NCBI GenBank assembly: GCA_964473455.1
Contig: CAYYQX010000001.1
Coordinates: 133,380-197,379 of the forward strand
Direction: 5' to 3'
Length of the DNA stretch: 64,000 nucleotides
DNA from: an uncultured Muribaculaceae bacterium
Lineage (GTDB): Bacteria > Bacillota_I > Bacilli_A > RF39 > UBA660
The notes beneath the pieces are model-generated. The model did no database searches. It saw only the letters and a list, made by a program, of their open reading frames with translations, and was not told the DNA's origin. Shown one piece after another: positions 9,639 to 20,054 of the stretch (its first letter is position 1; every line of letters starts with the position of its first letter). The translations under genes were made by a program, and so were the position numbers.

Positions 9639-10557
9639 GAACATTAACTGGAACACTTAAAGATACTACTTCACCATCACTTGTTTCCATATCAAAATTT
9701 ATTTTAGTCTCTCCGATACCCATTCCTTTAACAATAAATGAAATAGTAGAATCCTCATCGTTAACTATTGGTCTTCTAATAATTTGAATAATATTAATGT
9801 TTTCTTCTGAAGCCGCTATTTGTTTTACTGAAACATTTTTGTCTGAAACAGTTAAATAATATACTCCAGTTGCTCCATTTTTTACGTTAATTGAGTTTCC
9901 TTTAGACAAAGAAAGGGTTGTTGCTTTTGTTACATTAACGTTACTAGAAGTGCTCATATAGTTTCCGTCTTTTAACTTTATCGTCGCACTTATTACAGCT
10001 TTCCCTACTTTAACACCTGTTACTACTCCGTTTTTAGAAACGGTGGCAACTAAATCATTGCTACTTTCCCAAGTCACACTTGAATAGGATACTTCACTCG
10101 GCTCAAAAAGAAAATAAAGATTTCTTGATGTGTTGATTTTTAAATCGAAATTTTCAATGTTAAAAGTGACAGTTGTTGTTATTTTATTTTCCTCAACAAC
10201 AACAACATCAATGTTTGCGTAAGCTTTGCTTTCTGCTTTAGCAACTATTACAGCAGAACCCGGCTTGATAGCTGTTATAAGGCCAGCTTGATCTACTGTT
10301 GCTACAGTTTCATCAGTTGAAGTCCAAGTTAAAGTGGCATCTGCCGCACTGTCAGGTAAAATTATATACTTTACTTGATACGTCTTTGTTTCTTCTATTT
10401 GAATAGATGAAGTTGTAGTAACTATTTCTAATACTTTCTCACTAGATGTTGACGGCAAAGAAGAAGCAAAACCAATAATTGCTATAACAACTACTATTAC
10501 TGCCCCTAAAATTATAATATTCTTTTTATTGTTAGTATATATGTCTTTTAAATTCAT
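9631..10557 (-). CDS. Cell-surface protein with bacterial Ig-like (Big_2) domains, N-terminal membrane anchor
   Basis: Repeated TWTSTDETVATVDQAGLITAIKPGSAVI-type Big_2 motifs; N-terminal TM. Confidence 0.55.
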   Translation of the reverse strand: MNLKDIYTNNKKNIIILGAVIVVVIAIIGFASSLPSTSSEKVLEIVTTTSSIQIEETKTYQVKYIILPDSAADATLTWTSTDETVATVDQAGLITAIKPGSAVIVAKAESKAYANIDVVVVEENKITTTVTFNIENFDLKINTSRNLYFLFEPSEVSYSSVTWESSNDLVATVSKNGVVTGVKVGKAVISATIKLKDGNYMSTSSNVNVTKATTLSLSKGNSINVKNGATGVYYLTVSDKNVSVKQIAASEENINIIQIIRRPIVNDEDSTISFIVKGMGIGETKINFDMETSDGEVVSLSVPVNVQK

Positions 10558-10608
10558 TTTTCCACCCTTTAGATTATAATATAATTTTTATTGTCTTTAG
10601 TCAACGTT

Positions 10609-11331
10609 TTAATTTTCAAGATCAACATTGTGATAAACTTTAACAACATCTTCAATATCATCAAGTAAATTTAATAATTTTTCAAAATCCTCTAAGTCTT
10701 CACCCATTAAATTTACTTTTGATTTTGGAATCATTGTTATTTCATCGATTTCAAAAGTAATGTTTCCAAGGTTTTTAATAACACATTCCTTGATTATGTA
10801 TAAATCTTTTGGTTCAGCATAAATAATTATTTCTTCGTTTTCTTTTTCTATATCTATTGGAGTAATATCATCCGTCAATAAAAATTCTAAAACTTTTTCT
10901 TCATTATTATACTTAAAACCTACAACACATAGATTTTCGTACATAAAACTAGCACTACCACTTACTCCTAGTTTACATTTTGTCTTATTTAGTGCGGCCC
11001 TAATAAGACTTATACTTCTATTAACATTATCTGTCAAACAATCTACAAGAACAGTTGATCCATTTGGTCCGAATATTTCATAACGAACTGGTTCATATGC
11101 TTCACTGATTCCACTATTTGCTTTATCTATTGCTCGCTTAATAATATCTGATGGGATTTGTTCTTTTTTGGCCTTATCAATAATTCGTTTTAAACTGATG
11201 TTTGTATCTGCTTCTGATCCACCATTTTTAGCTGCCATATATATTTCTTTAGCATACATTGAATATAATTTTGCTTTTACTGCCCCTGTCTTTTGAATGC
11301 TTGCTTTTCTAACTTCATACGCTCTTCCCAT
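10609..11331 (-). CDS. YebC/PmpR family DNA-binding transcriptional regulator
   Basis: MGRAYEVRKASIQKTGAVKAKLYS... N-terminus, ~240 aa. Confidence 0.85.
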   Translation of the reverse strand: MGRAYEVRKASIQKTGAVKAKLYSMYAKEIYMAAKNGGSEADTNISLKRIIDKAKKEQIPSDIIKRAIDKANSGISEAYEPVRYEIFGPNGSTVLVDCLTDNVNRSISLIRAALNKTKCKLGVSGSASFMYENLCVVGFKYNNEEKVLEFLLTDDITPIDIEKENEEIIIYAEPKDLYIIKECVIKNLGNITFEIDEITMIPKSKVNLMGEDLEDFEKLLNLLDDIEDVVKVYHNVDLEN

Positions 11332-11342
11332 ATCTTCACCTT

Positions 11343-11999
11343 CTATTTTACACTTTTTTCAATTGCTTCTTTTGCAGCTAGTCTCTCTGCTTCTTTCTTA
11401 CTTCCGGCACTTCCTCTTCCATAAACAATTCCATCTACTTTTACTATTACTGTAAACTTTTTATTATGAGATGGTCCTTCTTCTTTTTCAATAATATATT
11501 TTAAACTCTTTTTATCAGTTTGAATTAATTCTTGTAGTTCTGACTTATAGTCTCTAAAAAAATCTATTTCTTTTTTTTCAATTAATGGAATAACATAACT
11601 ATATATAAATCTTTTTACAGATTCTAGTCCTTTGTCCAAATAAAGCGCACCAATAAATGATTCAAAAACATCTGCAATTATTGCTTTATGATTTTTTTCG
11701 TTAGCTACTTCTCCGTTACCAAATAGAATTGCTTTATCTAATTCTATTTTCCTTGAATATTCATATAAAGCATCTTCACAAACATAATAACTTCTGAGTT
11801 TCGTCATTTTTCCTTCTTCAAAGATGTCTTTCTTATATAAATAATCACTTATAATAAGCTCCAGTACAGCGTCTCCCAAATACTCAAGTCGTTCATAACT
11901 ATCAGAATCATTCTCATTTGCAAAAGAAGTATGAGTGAGTGCTTTAACATATAACTTCTCATTATTTGTTTTTATATTTAATTTTTCTAATATTTCCAT
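11343..11999 (-). CDS. rnc: Ribonuclease III
   Basis: ERLEYLGDAVLELIISDYLY catalytic motif; C-terminal dsRBD. Start taken at MEILEK after a GGTGA RBS. Confidence 0.85.
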   Translation of the reverse strand: MEILEKLNIKTNNEKLYVKALTHTSFANENDSDSYERLEYLGDAVLELIISDYLYKKDIFEEGKMTKLRSYYVCEDALYEYSRKIELDKAILFGNGEVANEKNHKAIIADVFESFIGALYLDKGLESVKRFIYSYVIPLIEKKEIDFFRDYKSELQELIQTDKKSLKYIIEKEEGPSHNKKFTVIVKVDGIVYGRGSAGSKKEAERLAAKEAIEKSVK

Positions 12000-12094
12000 A
12001 ATTTCACCATTACAATTATACAATACTTTGTATTGTTTTTCAATAAAAGGCTTTTCTAATTTACTTTTATTTTTTTATTTAGTATAATTGTTTT

Positions 12095-12316
12095 ATGAAA
12101 AAAATAATAATTAAGTTAATAAAATTTTATCAAAAAATTCCAGGAAACTTTCACTACACCTGTAGACACGTTCCAACGTGCTCGGAATATGCGTGTATTG
12201 CTTTAGATAGATTTGGCATTATAAAAGGCTCTTTTTTATCAATCAAACGAATTTTAAAATGTAATCCATTAGGAACTAGCGGAATAGATTTAGTCCCAGA
12301 AAGGAAGAAAAAATGA
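12095..12316 (+). CDS. yidD: Membrane protein insertion efficiency factor YidD
   Basis: CRHVPTCSEYA motif, 73 aa. Confidence 0.8.
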   Translation: MKKIIIKLIKFYQKIPGNFHYTCRHVPTCSEYACIALDRFGIIKGSFLSIKRILKCNPLGTSGIDLVPERKKK

Positions 12317-13164
12317 AATTAAAATACTTTTTTTTAATATTTGTTTGCCTATTTGTTTTGTCAGGTTGTTTAAAAAGAGATAATTTGGAAAACATTGACA
12401 TATATACAACAATCTATCCGATAAGATATGTAACAGAAGAATTATATGGAGCAAATAGTAATGTTTACAGCATTTATCCAAGTGGGGTTGATGTAAGTAA
12501 ATATGAGTTAACAGAAAAGCTTATTAATGATTACAGTAAAGCAGGAATGGCAATATTTAATGGTCAAAGCGTTGAAAAAAACTATATTATATCTATGTAT
12601 AAATTAAACAACAATTTAAAAATAATCGACGCCACTATGAGTATAGAATTTAATAGCTCATATGAGGAAATGTGGTTAGACCCGTTAAACTTTTTAATGA
12701 TTGCTCAAAATATCAAAACTGGTCTAAAACAATATATCAGTAATAGTTATTTAAAAAATGAAATAGAACAAAATTATGAAACCTTAAAACTGGCCATTTC
12801 TAATCTAGATGCCAAAATAAAATTAATGGCAACAAATGCTTCTAGCCAGACTATTGTTGTTTCTAAAGACTTCTTAAAATACTTAGAAAAATACGATTTA
12901 CGAGTTATTTCTTTAGAAAATGCGAACGAAAAAACAATCAATGAAGTAAAATCATTAATAAACAGCGGGAATATTAAATATATTTTTATTACTAGTAACG
13001 AAGAACTAAACGAGACAATAACATCCTTTACAACAACTGGAGTTCAAACATTAACATTTAATACAATGGTAAATTTAACTAGTGAGGAATTAAAAAATGG
13101 TGAGGATTACTTATCAATTATGAGTGAAAATATTGAGTTATTGAAAGAGGAATTATACAAATAA
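12313..13164 (+). CDS. Lipoprotein, unknown function
   Basis: Signal peptide plus LSGC lipobox. Confidence 0.4.
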   Translation: MKLKYFFLIFVCLFVLSGCLKRDNLENIDIYTTIYPIRYVTEELYGANSNVYSIYPSGVDVSKYELTEKLINDYSKAGMAIFNGQSVEKNYIISMYKLNNNLKIIDATMSIEFNSSYEEMWLDPLNFLMIAQNIKTGLKQYISNSYLKNEIEQNYETLKLAISNLDAKIKLMATNASSQTIVVSKDFLKYLEKYDLRVISLENANEKTINEVKSLINSGNIKYIFITSNEELNETITSFTTTGVQTLTFNTMVNLTSEELKNGEDYLSIMSENIELLKEELYK

Positions 13165-13190
13165 AAAAGAGCGTATGCTCTTTTATTTTG
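13164..13190. terminator. Bidirectional rho-independent terminator (AAGAGC-GTAT-GCTCTT)
   Basis: Hairpin plus T-run between the convergent lipoprotein gene and rny. Confidence 0.5.
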
Positions 13191-14748
13191 CCTCTTCTAT
13201 TGCTCTTGTTTCTCTTATTACAGTAACCTTTATTGTTCCTGGATACTGTAAATTTTCTTCTATTCTTTTTTTTACTTCTCTTGCTATTTTTTGACTTCCT
13301 AAATCATCTATATCTTCTGGTTTAACAATAATTCTTAGTTCTCTTCCTGCTTGAACGGCAAAAGCTTTTTCAACACCGTGAACATCTTTTGTAATTCCTT
13401 CAAGATCTTCTAACCTTTTAATATAGTTTTCTAGTGAATCACTTCTAGCTCCTGGACGAGATGCTGAAAGTGCATCTGCGATAGCAACAAGTGATGCTAT
13501 TATGCTTGTTGATTCTTTATCTCCGTGATGGGATTCAATAGCATTTAAAACCACTTTATCTTCTTTAAATTTTTTGGCAAGTTCATAACCAAGCTCAATA
13601 TGTGAACCTTCAACTTCGTGATCTATTGCTTTTCCAATATCGTGAAAAAGACCCGCTCTTTTTGCTAAAACTTGATTCTCATCAATCTCTGCTGCCATAA
13701 TTCCGGCAAGATGAGCTACTTCAATTGAATGCTTTAAAACATTCTGTCCAAAACTTGTTCTAAAATGAAGCCTTCCTAAATAACTAACTAATTCAGGCTC
13801 TACTTTGGTAATACCAAGTTCAAAAAGTGCTCCTTCTCCTAGTTCTCTTATTCTAACTTGCATATCTTTTGATGTTTTATCATAAAGTTCTTCTATTCTG
13901 GTCGGATGAATTCTACCATCCTTTATTAATGTTTCAATTGTTAATCTAGCAATTTCTCTTCTCAAAGGATCAAAACTAGATAACACGATAGCTTCAGGTG
14001 TATCATCAATAATTAAATCTACTCCTGTTACAGCCTCTATCGTTCTTATATTTCTTCCTTCTCTACCGATGATTCTACCCTTCATTTCATCGTTTGGTAA
14101 AGTTACAACTGTAATTGTTTGCTCATTTGCAACATCACCCGCATATTTTTGCATACTACTAACAATTAAATCTTTCGCATATTTATCAGCTTCTAATTTT
14201 GATTGTACTTCTCTTTCATTAATGTATGAAGAAACTTCTAAATCCATCATTTCTTCTACTTTTTTTAATACCAAATCTTTGGCTTCTTGTTTTGAATAGC
14301 CCGCGATTTTTTCTAATAGTTCAACTTGTTCTTTTTTTATATTTTCTACTTTTACTTGTTCTTCTTGGATATTTTTTTGCTTATCTATTAAATTTGTTTC
14401 TTTTTCCTCTAGTGTTTGTTCACGTTTTTGCAACATTTCATCTCTTCTATCAATGTTGTTTTCACGCGTCAAAAGTCGCTCTTCCGCTTCTTTTACTTCA
14501 GATTTTCTTTCCTTTATTTCTACTTCTGTTTCATTTTTTATTTTGTGTGCTTCTTCTTTAGCTTCTAATAGATATTCTCTTTTGATTTTCTCGGCTTCTT
14601 TTTTTGCCTTTTCCATCTCAGAATTTATCTTTTTAGAAACACTATTTCCTTTAATATAATTGATAATAAACATTACTATAATGCCCAAAAAAATTCCAAC
14701 AAGTACTAGTAAAGCAGGAAATAATATACCTTCCATATATTCCTCCAT
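13183..14748 (-). CDS. rny: Ribonuclease Y
   Basis: N-terminal TM, coiled-coil, KH domain ([11 protein letters not shown]) and HD domain (HHGDKE). Confidence 0.9.
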   Translation of the reverse strand: MEEYMEGILFPALLVLVGIFLGIIVMFIINYIKGNSVSKKINSEMEKAKKEAEKIKREYLLEAKEEAHKIKNETEVEIKERKSEVKEAEERLLTRENNIDRRDEMLQKREQTLEEKETNLIDKQKNIQEEQVKVENIKKEQVELLEKIAGYSKQEAKDLVLKKVEEMMDLEVSSYINEREVQSKLEADKYAKDLIVSSMQKYAGDVANEQTITVVTLPNDEMKGRIIGREGRNIRTIEAVTGVDLIIDDTPEAIVLSSFDPLRREIARLTIETLIKDGRIHPTRIEELYDKTSKDMQVRIRELGEGALFELGITKVEPELVSYLGRLHFRTSFGQNVLKHSIEVAHLAGIMAAEIDENQVLAKRAGLFHDIGKAIDHEVEGSHIELGYELAKKFKEDKVVLNAIESHHGDKESTSIIASLVAIADALSASRPGARSDSLENYIKRLEDLEGITKDVHGVEKAFAVQAGRELRIIVKPEDIDDLGSQKIAREVKKRIEENLQYPGTIKVTVIRETRAIEEAK

Positions 14749-14863
14749 CTATACTAAAAGTTTTTACACTTCTACTTCTATTTTAATCTTTATTGGCATT
14801 TTAGTCAAGGAATTTAGAAACTTAAATAAGTCATCCTAAATTAAAAAAATAGCCTTTATATGG

Positions 14864-15673
14864 CTATAATTTCTGACATTTATTACAGTAATATGTGCTT
14901 CTTCCATTAATCTTTTCTTTAATTAACTTTTCGTTACAAACTGGGCATATTGTTTTTGTATGTACTAGCAAGTTATTTTGAAAGCTACCTTGAACTCCCT
15001 CACTTGATTCATAAGTTCGAATGGTTGTTCCACCCAATTCAATAGCTTTTTCAAATGTTTTCTTAGTACTTTCAATTATCCTACTTATTTCCTCTTCATT
15101 TAAGTCTACCCCTTTTTTTTGAGGATTTACCTTGGCTAAAAAAAGTATTTCATCCGCATAAATATTTCCTACTCCAGTAATTATACTTTGGTCAAGAAGT
15201 AAGGATTTAATAGGCAAATTTCTATTTAGTTTGTTTTTTAAATAAGTAACATTTAATTTGTCATCCCAGATTTCTAACCCTAATTTGTTTAAGGGTCTGA
15301 CATCAAAAGCTTTATCCTTATCTACTATATACATTCTTCCAAATTTTCTAGTATCAACGTAACTTAGTTTAAAATCATCAAAAACAAATGCAACATGTTC
15401 ATGTTTTAATTTTGCTTCGTCTATTTTTCTGATTTTGTATTTTCCTTCCATCCTAAGATGACTTAACATATAAAAATCAGCAAATTCAAACATTAAAATT
15501 TTGCCTCTTCTTTTAATGTCTAATATTTTATTGTTTTTTATTTTGTTAACAAACTCTACTGTTGGATATTCTATTATCTTTTCATAAAAGACGAAAACAT
15601 CTTTAATTACTTTATTTAATAGTATTTTTTTCAAAGTGTTTTTTACTGTTTCAACTTCTGGCAATTCTGGCAT
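14864..15673 (-). CDS. mutM: Formamidopyrimidine-DNA glycosylase
   Basis: MPELPEVETV N-terminus; C-terminal CxxC...CxxC zinc finger. Confidence 0.85.
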   Translation of the reverse strand: MPELPEVETVKNTLKKILLNKVIKDVFVFYEKIIEYPTVEFVNKIKNNKILDIKRRGKILMFEFADFYMLSHLRMEGKYKIRKIDEAKLKHEHVAFVFDDFKLSYVDTRKFGRMYIVDKDKAFDVRPLNKLGLEIWDDKLNVTYLKNKLNRNLPIKSLLLDQSIITGVGNIYADEILFLAKVNPQKKGVDLNEEEISRIIESTKKTFEKAIELGGTTIRTYESSEGVQGSFQNNLLVHTKTICPVCNEKLIKEKINGRSTYYCNKCQKL

Positions 15674-15676
15674 AAA

Positions 15677-16945
15677 TTATTTCCTATCTATTTTTGTTAA
15701 TCCGCCCATATAAGGTTTTAAAACCTCTGGTATATTTATACTTCCATCCTCGTTATAATTGTTTTCTAAAAAGGCGATTAACATACGTGGTGGGGCAACT
15801 ACCGTATTATTTAAAGTATGCGGATGATTACCATCGCTTAATTTTATATTTAATCTTCTTGCTTGAGCATCTCCTAAGTTAGAACAACTACCAACTTCAA
15901 AATACTTCTTTTGTCTTGGACTCCATGCTTCTATATCTAAACTTTTTACTTTTAAATCCGCTAAGTCTCCACTACAACATTCTAGCGTTCTAACAGGAAT
16001 GTCTAGACTTCTAAATAACTCAACAGTATACTTCCACATTTTATTAAACCATTCCATCGAGTCTTTTGGTTCACATATAACAATCATTTCTTGTTTTTCA
16101 AACTGATGAATTCTATATACTCCACGTTCTTCTATTCCATGAGCTCCTTTTTCTTTTCTAAAACAAGGTGAATAAGAAGTCAGCGTTAAGGGTAATTGGG
16201 AAAGTGTTTTATTAACAAATCTGCCTATCATTGTATGCTCACTTGTTCCAATTAGATAAAGATCTTCGCCTTCGATTTTATACATCATTGCATCCATCTC
16301 TTCAAAGCTCATTACGCCTTCAACACAACTTCTTTTAATCATAAAAGGAGGTATTACATAAGTAAAACCCTTATTAATCATAAAGTCTCTTGCATAAGAT
16401 AATACGGCTGAATGAAGTCTTGCAACATCACCAGTTAAATAATAAAAGCCATTTCCAGCTACTTCCCTTGCTGAGTCTAAATCCAATCCACATAACTTTT
16501 CCATAATATCTGTGTGATAAGGAATTTCATAGCTAGGAACCTTTGGTTCACCAAATTTTTCAATCTCAACATTTTCTGTATCGTCTTTGCCTACTGGCAC
16601 ACTTGAATCTATTATATTTGGAATTTGCTTCCAAATTTCCAATCTTTTTTGTTGAAAAATTATCTCTTGTTCTCTATTCAATGCTTCTTTAGTCTTTAAA
16701 GCTGTAGTTTCTTGTTTTATATTCTCTACATCTTCGTTTTTTTGATCTCTAACCAGCTCGCCTATTCTTGAACTTAATTCATTAATAGTTTTTCTTAAAT
16801 CATCCCCTATTTGTTTGGCATTCCTATATTGTTTATCTACTTCTAAAAAATCATCTACCAAATGTAACTTATGTTCCTTAAATTTTCTTTTAATATTTGC
16901 TTTTACTAATTCTGGATTCTCTCTTATTAATTTTATATCTATCAT
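15677..16945 (-). CDS. serS: Seryl-tRNA synthetase
   Basis: N-terminal coiled-coil arm; class II motifs; ~420 aa. Confidence 0.9.
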   Translation of the reverse strand: MIDIKLIRENPELVKANIKRKFKEHKLHLVDDFLEVDKQYRNAKQIGDDLRKTINELSSRIGELVRDQKNEDVENIKQETTALKTKEALNREQEIIFQQKRLEIWKQIPNIIDSSVPVGKDDTENVEIEKFGEPKVPSYEIPYHTDIMEKLCGLDLDSAREVAGNGFYYLTGDVARLHSAVLSYARDFMINKGFTYVIPPFMIKRSCVEGVMSFEEMDAMMYKIEGEDLYLIGTSEHTMIGRFVNKTLSQLPLTLTSYSPCFRKEKGAHGIEERGVYRIHQFEKQEMIVICEPKDSMEWFNKMWKYTVELFRSLDIPVRTLECCSGDLADLKVKSLDIEAWSPRQKKYFEVGSCSNLGDAQARRLNIKLSDGNHPHTLNNTVVAPPRMLIAFLENNYNEDGSINIPEVLKPYMGGLTKIDRK

Positions 16946-16955
16946 TTTTTACCTC

Positions 16956-18761
16956 CTATTCCTCATCTGTTTTCAAAATAGCTAGAAAAGCTTCACTTGG
17001 AACTTCAACATTTCCAACCATTTTCATTCGTTTTTTTCCTTCTTTTTGTTTCTCTAAAAGTTTTCTTTTTCTTGAAACGTCTCCACCGTAGCATTTGGCT
17101 AAAACATTCTTTCTCATTGCTTTTATATCACTTCTAGCTATTATTTTGCTTCCTACAGAAGCTTGTATAGGCACCTCAAACTGCTGCCTTGGAATAATAT
17201 CTTTAAGTTTTTCAACAATCGCTTTACCTCTTTTATAAGCAAAGTCTTTGTGAACAATAATACTAAAAGCATCAATTATTTCGTCATTTAATAAAATGTC
17301 CATTTTCACTAAATTGCTTTCTTTATACCCAATAAGTTCATAATCAAATGAAGCATATCCTTTTGTGTAAGATTTTAATCTATCAAAAAAATCATACACT
17401 ATTTCTGATAAAGGAAGTTCATAATGAATATTTACTCTTGTTTTATCTAAATAATCCATCGATATATATATTCCTCTTTTATCTTGACACAATTTCATAA
17501 TATCACCAATATAATCATTTGGCACAAATATACTGGTTCTGATGTAAGGTTCTTCAATAGAAGAAATCAAAGTCTTTTCAGGATACTTTGTTGGACTATC
17601 AATATATATAGTACTTTCATTAGTTAAATTTACTTTATATATAACCGATGGACTTGTAGCGATTATATCTATTTTAAATTCTCTTTCAATTCGTTCTTTT
17701 ATAATCTCCATATGAAGTAGCCCAAGAAATCCACATCTAAATCCAAATCCAAGAGCTTTTGATGTTTCTGGTTCAAATTCTAAAGATGCATCATTTAATT
17801 TTAATTTTTCTAGTGCCTCTCTTAAATCAGCATATTTGTTTGTTTCCGTTGGATAAAGCCCCGTAAAAACCATGGCTTTAATTTTTTTATATCCAAAAAG
17901 TGGAGTAATATTTGAATCAACATTAGCAATAGTATCTCCTACTGCAACATCACTAATATATTTTATCCCACCACACAAATATCCTACTTCTCCAGCTGTC
18001 AATTCTGTAAGCTTCTTCTCTTTTGGAGTATGAACACCAATTTCTATTACTTCGTGTGTTGTGTTTGCTTTGATCATTTTGATTTGATCTTTTAGTCTTA
18101 CTTTTCCATCCATTACTCTAATGTATGAAACAACGCCTCGATATGAATCATAAAAACTATCAAAAATAAGAGCTTTTAAAGGATTATTAACATCTCCCTT
18201 AGGTGCGGGGATAACTTCAATTACTTTTTTTAATAATTCTTCTATCCCTATCCCATTTTTAGCGCTAGTTAAAACAATATCTTCTTCAAGAAATCCTAAG
18301 TTGTCTATTATTTCTCTTTTTACTTTTTCAATATTCGCATTAGGTAAATCTATTTTGTTGATGACTGGAATTACTGCCAAGTTGTTTTCTAGTGCGAGAT
18401 AATAATTAGCTAGAGTTTGAGCTTCTATTCCTTGAGCTGCATCAACCACTAAAATAGCCCCTTCACAAGCCGCTAGACTTCTGCTTACTTCATAAGTAAA
18501 GTCGACATGTCCAGGAGTGTCTATTAAATGAAAAGTGTATTCCTCATCATTATACTTGTATTTTAGTTGAACAGAGTTGAGTTTTATTGTTATTCCTCTT
18601 TCTCTTTCAATATCCATATTGTCTAATAATTGTTCCTTTTTTTCTCTCTCACTAATAGCGCCAGTAATATCTAATATTCTGTCTGCTAAAGTACTTTTCC
18701 CGTGATCTATGTGAGCTATTATTGAAAAGTTTCTTATGTTTTGTTGTTTCATTTTGTTCAC
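16956..18761 (-). CDS. lepA: Elongation factor 4 (LepA)
   Basis: [14 protein letters not shown]-domain; ~600 aa with LepA C-terminal domain. Confidence 0.9.
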   Translation of the reverse strand: MNKMKQQNIRNFSIIAHIDHGKSTLADRILDITGAISEREKKEQLLDNMDIERERGITIKLNSVQLKYKYNDEEYTFHLIDTPGHVDFTYEVSRSLAACEGAILVVDAAQGIEAQTLANYYLALENNLAVIPVINKIDLPNANIEKVKREIIDNLGFLEEDIVLTSAKNGIGIEELLKKVIEVIPAPKGDVNNPLKALIFDSFYDSYRGVVSYIRVMDGKVRLKDQIKMIKANTTHEVIEIGVHTPKEKKLTELTAGEVGYLCGGIKYISDVAVGDTIANVDSNITPLFGYKKIKAMVFTGLYPTETNKYADLREALEKLKLNDASLEFEPETSKALGFGFRCGFLGLLHMEIIKERIEREFKIDIIATSPSVIYKVNLTNESTIYIDSPTKYPEKTLISSIEEPYIRTSIFVPNDYIGDIMKLCQDKRGIYISMDYLDKTRVNIHYELPLSEIVYDFFDRLKSYTKGYASFDYELIGYKESNLVKMDILLNDEIIDAFSIIVHKDFAYKRGKAIVEKLKDIIPRQQFEVPIQASVGSKIIARSDIKAMRKNVLAKCYGGDVSRKRKLLEKQKEGKKRMKMVGNVEVPSEAFLAILKTDEE

Positions 18762-18813
18762 CTGTTTATATTATATCATTTTTTTGCCATAAAAAAAGAT
18801 TTAAAAATAAATC

Positions 18814-19545
18814 TTATTTTAATATTACAAGCATCGCCACTGCTGTTCCAACTGTTACTAAAAGGGTTATTATAGAAAGCAAAATAACATTTACAAAAGC
18901 AGCTTCGCCAATAAATATCGGTTTTTTTTCTTCTAACGTACTATGACCATTTGAAAGGGTTAGTACTTTTGGCTTATCGCCCAATCCATTGCTTTGTGTT
19001 TGACTTTCCTGTTGTGGAAATTCTACTTCATTACTAGGCATTGTTGAAACACTTTGTTGTTGTCTAACTAATTCTTCTCTTAATTCAGCCAAATCCTGTA
19101 CAGTCTTTGAAGGCAACTGTTCTTCTATTTTTTTTACCTTCCCTATTTTTGCACTAACAAGCCAGGCTTCTAAATCCAAATTTGTTGATAAAAAGACAAT
19201 ATCTTCTTCAAAAACAACGCTTTTTGATTTTAAAAACTCTTTGGCAACAGATATAATGTTTTCAAGAATTCCCGCTAAAACTTCTCTTTTATTCTCATTT
19301 GACAAGTCTTCTTGTAAAAAAGATTTGGCAACTAATATTACACCATTTTCATTTTCAATGTCTCCAGTTAAACCATAGTTTTTCATCATTTTGTTTACAT
19401 TAGCATCTACAAGAAAACGAATTCTTAAATCTCTTTGATTTAAAGCTTTTGGAATCCCAATATAAAAAGAACCTTTATTGGTTTCAATAGTATAAACAGT
19501 TACCTGTTCATCATTAATTATTCCTACATTTTCCAAAAAAACCAC
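18814..19545 (-). CDS. Hypothetical protein with C-terminal TM anchor
   Basis: ORF only. Confidence 0.3.
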   Translation of the reverse strand: MVFLENVGIINDEQVTVYTIETNKGSFYIGIPKALNQRDLRIRFLVDANVNKMMKNYGLTGDIENENGVILVAKSFLQEDLSNENKREVLAGILENIISVAKEFLKSKSVVFEEDIVFLSTNLDLEAWLVSAKIGKVKKIEEQLPSKTVQDLAELREELVRQQQSVSTMPSNEVEFPQQESQTQSNGLGDKPKVLTLSNGHSTLEEKKPIFIGEAAFVNVILLSIITLLVTVGTAVAMLVILK

Positions 19546-19548
19546 TAC

Positions 19549-20007
19549 CTATTCTTCTATTGTTCCACTACTCAATGCGTATTTTATAGTTGTTGCAGTC
19601 TCACTGTAAATTATTTCTATGATTAAAATTTTATCACCATTTGTTTCTTTGGCAACTTGGACCATATTTTCTTCTTGTTCAATTAAAAGATATCCTTCTT
19701 CTTTCAAATCCCAAAAATACGCATTTATTTCTTCGGGTGTCAATTCACTATAAACAACTGTAACATAGTAACTTTTATCATCAGATCCTTTACTTGCAGA
19801 TATTATTGTTTTTTCTCCAACACTTGGATATAAAGTTGTAAACGTTTCTTCTTTTATTTTTATTAATGCATCTGTGTTTGAAACTTGAATATTTGAACCA
19901 TCAAAAATCAAATTTAATACAAATAAAACGATAGTCAAAAAAATACAAATTAATAATACTTGATTTCTTCTCTCTTTAAATACTTCTTTTTTAAACATAT
20001 TCTTCAC
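19549..20007 (-). CDS. Hypothetical membrane-anchored protein
   Basis: N-terminal TM; no recognisable motif. Confidence 0.3.
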   Translation of the reverse strand: MKNMFKKEVFKERRNQVLLICIFLTIVLFVLNLIFDGSNIQVSNTDALIKIKEETFTTLYPSVGEKTIISASKGSDDKSYYVTVVYSELTPEEINAYFWDLKEEGYLLIEQEENMVQVAKETNGDKILIIEIIYSETATTIKYALSSGTIEE

Positions 20008-20054
20008 CTAGTATAATAATAGCACAAAAAAACAATATGTAAAAGTACAAATTG

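Noticed and set aside
14069-14659. Plus-strand ORFs inside rny (14069-14299, 14226-14561, 14453-14659) and similar antisense ORFs inside dacA, hydA, hydB, the ABC genes, secY and others
   Set aside because: They are low-complexity Leu/Phe/Ser-rich translations of the antisense strand of well-supported genes, typical of AT-rich DNA. They have no RBS and no homology pattern.
16945-16956. T-box leaders upstream of serS and metG
   Set aside because: serS starts 10 bp after lepA, and the metG leader is only ~50 nt after the tRNA. Neither has room for a T-box, and no specifier or T-box sequence was seen.
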